IMG/VR virus record: IMGVR_UViG_3300017971_000033
Direction: 5' to 3' (one strand)
DNA from: a virus
Length of the DNA: 64,000 bases
In this document: piece after piece, positions 61,273 to 64,000 of the stretch
Layout: each line of letters begins with the position of its first letter
Numbering within the stretch: position 1 is the first letter of the stretch
Program-made: the position numbers and the translations under genes
Notes under the pieces: model-generated
Databases searched by the model: none
Seen by the model: only the letters and a program-made list of their open reading frames with translations
What the model was told of the DNA's origin: nothing

Positions 61273-62148
61273 ATGAAGGTAGGAATATTTACTCCGGGGG
61301 ATAACAAGGTTCACCAAAAGGCGCTCAAGGCTTTTGCGGAAGGCGTGGCAAAGGTCAACGAAGATGTCACCATCTACTCGGTTGATAACTACACGCCGGT
61401 CGATGTCGCCATTGTTTTCGGTATCGGCAAGCAGGGAGTCCCGTGTTCCTATGCTCGCGGCAACGTTATACGCCAACAGCGCCTTGCAGGGAAAGATGTC
61501 ATTGTCATCGAGAAGGGCTTTGTCAAGCGCGATGAGTATTACATGGTCGGTCTGAACGGACTGAACAACCATGCTGAATTCCATAACCTTGCGTGTCCGG
61601 CCGATCGGTGGGAACTCCTCGATGTGAACCTGCATCCCCGGAGAACCGAAGGTCAGCACATTATTGTTTGCGGACAGGTCCCGTCAGACGCCAGCGTGCA
61701 AGACATTGACATTATCCAGTGGTGCCAAAAGACCTGCACTGACCTGAGATCCATGACTGACAAGCCGGTTGTATTCCGTGCACATCCGCTTGCCCGCAGC
61801 AGGACACCTGACATGCTAGGGGTAATCAACTCCCGCAATGACACGCTGATGGATGATTTATACGGAGCTTATGCCTGTATTACATATAATTCCAACGCGG
61901 CTGTTGAGGCGGTCATCGCAGGAGTGCCGGCCTTTTCTTTTAACGCGGGGAGTATGGCGCACAACGTTACAAGCCACGATCTGCGAATGATCAACAACCC
62001 CTTCTTCCCGTCAGAGTCGGCCCGTAAGCAATGGGCTTGCGATCTTGCTTATACGCAATGGACTCTTGATGAGATGCGTACCGGTAGACCTTACCTGCGG
62101 CTGATGTCTAGCGGCTTCTCTTTCAGCGAGGTTCAGAATGGAGATTAA
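61273..62148 (+). CDS. Capsule_synth (KpsS/KpsC-type, beta-Kdo transferase-like) protein
   Basis: 'VIVIEKGFVKRDEYY' (E-x-GF-x-R), 'IIVCGQVPSDASV' (Q-x3-D), 'VVFRAHPLA' (HP), 'ITYNSNAAVEAVIAGVPAFSF'. This matches the architecture as I recall it for KpsS/KpsC. Confidence 0.45.
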   Translation: MKVGIFTPGDNKVHQKALKAFAEGVAKVNEDVTIYSVDNYTPVDVAIVFGIGKQGVPCSYARGNVIRQQRLAGKDVIVIEKGFVKRDEYYMVGLNGLNNHAEFHNLACPADRWELLDVNLHPRRTEGQHIIVCGQVPSDASVQDIDIIQWCQKTCTDLRSMTDKPVVFRAHPLARSRTPDMLGVINSRNDTLMDDLYGAYACITYNSNAAVEAVIAGVPAFSFNAGSMAHNVTSHDLRMINNPFFPSESARKQWACDLAYTQWTLDEMRTGRPYLRLMSSGFSFSEVQNGD

Positions 62149-62431
62149 CACCATGCAAGCAGGCATAGCTCTTGTCATAACGATTGTCGGCGGTACCGTA
62201 GCGACAACCAGTTACTTTGTAACAAAGGAAAGCCACGAGAAAGAGATGGTCGTAATGGAACAGCAATCAGGCGACATCTACCGCGGCATCCGTATTGAGC
62301 AGCTTGAGGATAGGGTTTACATCCTCGAAGAAGCAAGGAAGGGACGCGCATTGACTACTGACGAAAAGATCCGGCTAGACGCTGCGCAGGAATCACTGAA
62401 AGAACTCTACAAACAGGAGGAAAGACGATGA
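62138..62431 (+). CDS. membrane-anchored coiled-coil protein
   Basis: N-terminal TM 'AGIALVITIVGGTVATTSYFV'. The start may be ATG 62153. Confidence 0.5.
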   Translation: MEINTMQAGIALVITIVGGTVATTSYFVTKESHEKEMVVMEQQSGDIYRGIRIEQLEDRVYILEEARKGRALTTDEKIRLDAAQESLKELYKQEERR

Positions 62432-62739
62432 GCGAAGAGCAGCAAATGATTATGGCGCATGATATGACGATTGCCCCGAAATTCCAGATTGACACGGGTA
62501 TGCACGTGCTTGCCATGAATACCATCATCAGCCATGTGGCTGTGCCGCCTGATTTCAATGCGGCATCGAAAGACGCGCCCAAGCCGCGCTTTATAAAGCA
62601 GCAGCTTTTTAACCTGACGCTTCCGACAGAGATGGATCCGCGTGAACTGGCAACCGCCTTGCGTAATTACGCCGACAATCTGGACAAGTATGTTGACGAT
62701 AATCCACAAGCTGAGGAGTCCTCCGATGCGGTGGGATAA
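62428..62739 (+). CDS. hypothetical protein
   Basis: 103-aa ORF. Confidence 0.45.
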   Translation: MSEEQQMIMAHDMTIAPKFQIDTGMHVLAMNTIISHVAVPPDFNAASKDAPKPRFIKQQLFNLTLPTEMDPRELATALRNYADNLDKYVDDNPQAEESSDAVG

Positions 62740-63754
62740 TCCGATCTATTGCAAGTGGCTTGAGTTGCCCGATGTGGCATCGCTCTATCCAGAGGAAAAG
62801 CAAAACCGACTTGATGATGACTATGACCCTTGGATCCTCGATGTCGCGGTTACGCGCGGCGATGAGCACTCCTTCATGGAGGAGATCCGGTTTGCTATGC
62901 ACGGCCTCGATGATCCGGCTTTGTTCGACAGGATCCGAAAGCAGTTCCGGGTATATCGCAACAACATGGTCAGACCGCCGCACAGCAACCATGAGATGAT
63001 CTTGACACGGGAGCCGGCCAACTCGGTTTTCCAGTCGATCTATAACAATGGGATCTGGATGGGGCAGGTTGACACAAGCAAGATCAATGTCGGCAAGCTG
63101 GTAGACAAGTGGCTGGCAAAGCCTGATTGGCAACCGCCTCCGGGAACCTATGACCGCGGCGAGATGCTTGGAGCTGAATACATCAAGACGCTACAAGCCG
63201 AACTCACCAAGCGCGGAATACTGGAAGCGGCAAGCGCCTATAAGGGGAAGCCGCTAAAAGTCGCAGGAGCTTATCTGCATATCAGCACGCCGACCGATCA
63301 GCACTACCGGCAATTCGGCGGCTATGACGCACCAGTCAATCCGTGGATCAATACACACATCGACCCCAAGGAGGATTGCATGAAGGCGATCATCTACCTT
63401 GAGGGCATCGAAATTAACAACGGCCCTTTTCACTTCATCGAAGGAAGCCATCGCTTTGTTATACCAGCGCACAAGGAAATACTTGGCAGGGCGTTATGCA
63501 CCGGCAACTACATGCAGACCCCGGAAGAACGCGCGCCGATTCTTGCCATGCCGAAACCGTTGCGGGTCTCGTATAACTTTGGCCGCTTTGTCGAAGAGAA
63601 CTCAGTCTTGAGCCAAGAGATGCTTTTATTCAGACGGACACTTTTGTCCGCAGCAGAGACAAACATCGCAGTGTTCGATGCAGGCGCAGGCATCCATCAA
63701 GGCGGGGTTGTCGAGAAAGGGCGCCGCGTCAACCTGCAAGTGCTAATGAAATAA
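62726..63754 (+). CDS. Fe(II)/2-oxoglutarate dioxygenase, PhyH-like
   Basis: In-frame ATG 62726. 'NTHIDPKED' (H-x-D) and 'NNGPFHFIEGSHRF'. Confidence 0.55.
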   Translation: MRWDNPIYCKWLELPDVASLYPEEKQNRLDDDYDPWILDVAVTRGDEHSFMEEIRFAMHGLDDPALFDRIRKQFRVYRNNMVRPPHSNHEMILTREPANSVFQSIYNNGIWMGQVDTSKINVGKLVDKWLAKPDWQPPPGTYDRGEMLGAEYIKTLQAELTKRGILEAASAYKGKPLKVAGAYLHISTPTDQHYRQFGGYDAPVNPWINTHIDPKEDCMKAIIYLEGIEINNGPFHFIEGSHRFVIPAHKEILGRALCTGNYMQTPEERAPILAMPKPLRVSYNFGRFVEENSVLSQEMLLFRRTLLSAAETNIAVFDAGAGIHQGGVVEKGRRVNLQVLMK

Positions 63755-63791
63755 AACGCCGATAATTTTAATCACACAGAGGAGCATTAAA

Positions 63792-64000
63792 GTGACCTTG
63801 AATCTATCTGACTCCGTATTGCAGCGACGGGTATTCAATCAAAATATCTACAACCTTCACCGGCAGCACTATATGCTCGGGCAAACCGCGAAGTTCATTG
63901 ACAAGAATTCCATTGTTCTCGATATCGGCGCGGCGGTTGGTATGTATACGCACTTCTGGGCCGGTCTTGCCAAGCATGTATATTCCTTCGAGGCTGTGCC
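63792..64000 (+). CDS. FkbM-family methyltransferase, 3' end outside window
   Basis: AGAGGAG lies 7 nt before GTG 63792. The frame is open to the window edge. 'SIVLDIGAAVGMYTHFWAGLAKHVYSFEAV' matches the Methyltransf_21 N-terminal motif. Confidence 0.55.
   Translation, partial: MTLNLSDSVLQRRVFNQNIYNLHRQHYMLGQTAKFIDKNSIVLDIGAAVGMYTHFWAGLAKHVYSFEAV

Noticed and set aside
1-64000. Apparent abundance of GGATCC sites (about 30 noticed by eye)
   Set aside because: That is only about 2-fold over a naive expectation and I did not count rigorously. I cannot link it to the methyltransferase specificity without computation.
1-64000. Prophage boundaries, integrase/att sites, a diversity-generating retroelement near the fibres, or an invertible fibre segment
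   Set aside because: No integrase, recombinase/invertase or reverse transcriptase motif was seen. The fibre paralogues are direct (not inverted) duplicates.

Overview
The window is one contiguous stretch of a tailed dsDNA phage (or prophage-interior) genome. I saw no rRNA, tRNA, CRISPR array, transposase or integrase. All family names are motif-level calls made by eye and from memory; no searches were run. The host is probably Gram-negative, judging from a KdsB homologue, an OmpX-sized beta-barrel, a GH108 endolysin and a lipoprotein-like lysis partner. Layout: (i) 1-8493 (+): distal-tail/baseplate cassette in the RcGTA g12-g15 order (DUF2460, DUF2163/BR0599, NlpC/P60, giant host-specificity protein), then a triple-LamG fibre. 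(ii) 8493-10888 (+): lysis genes interrupted by a sigma-70-family gene and closed by an intrinsic terminator. (iii) 12449-28539 (-): about 45 tightly packed, mostly translationally coupled small early genes. These include a Cas4-like PD-(D/E)XK nuclease, an SSB-tailed protein, a DUF932-like protein, the KdsB homologue, the beta-barrel with a Gly/Asp tail, an Rmf/CrpP-like protein and a 95-aa Gly-Tyr repeat protein. (iv) 28426-29507: a ~1.1-kb gene-free, strand-asymmetric, hairpin-rich divergent control region. (v) 29508-36355 (+): lambdoid-style replication and DNA-metabolism genes (Cro-like, Ref-like nuclease, O-like initiator with in-gene iterons, P-like loader, MazG, ParB-like, C5 methyltransferase). 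(vi) 36693-57956 (+): packaging and head genes (TerS, TerL, DUF4055-type portal, MuF, scaffold, P22-type coat), with a 12-kb block of fibre/spike-like genes wedged between portal and MuF. (vii) 54782-64000 (+): sugar-nucleotide, glycosyltransferase, methyltransferase and dioxygenase genes interleaved with the capsid genes. The most unusual items are the non-coding control region, the virion-embedded glycan island (with a possible Kdo link to the early kdsB-like gene), the Gly-Tyr repeat protein cassette and the MuF-HExxH fusion.
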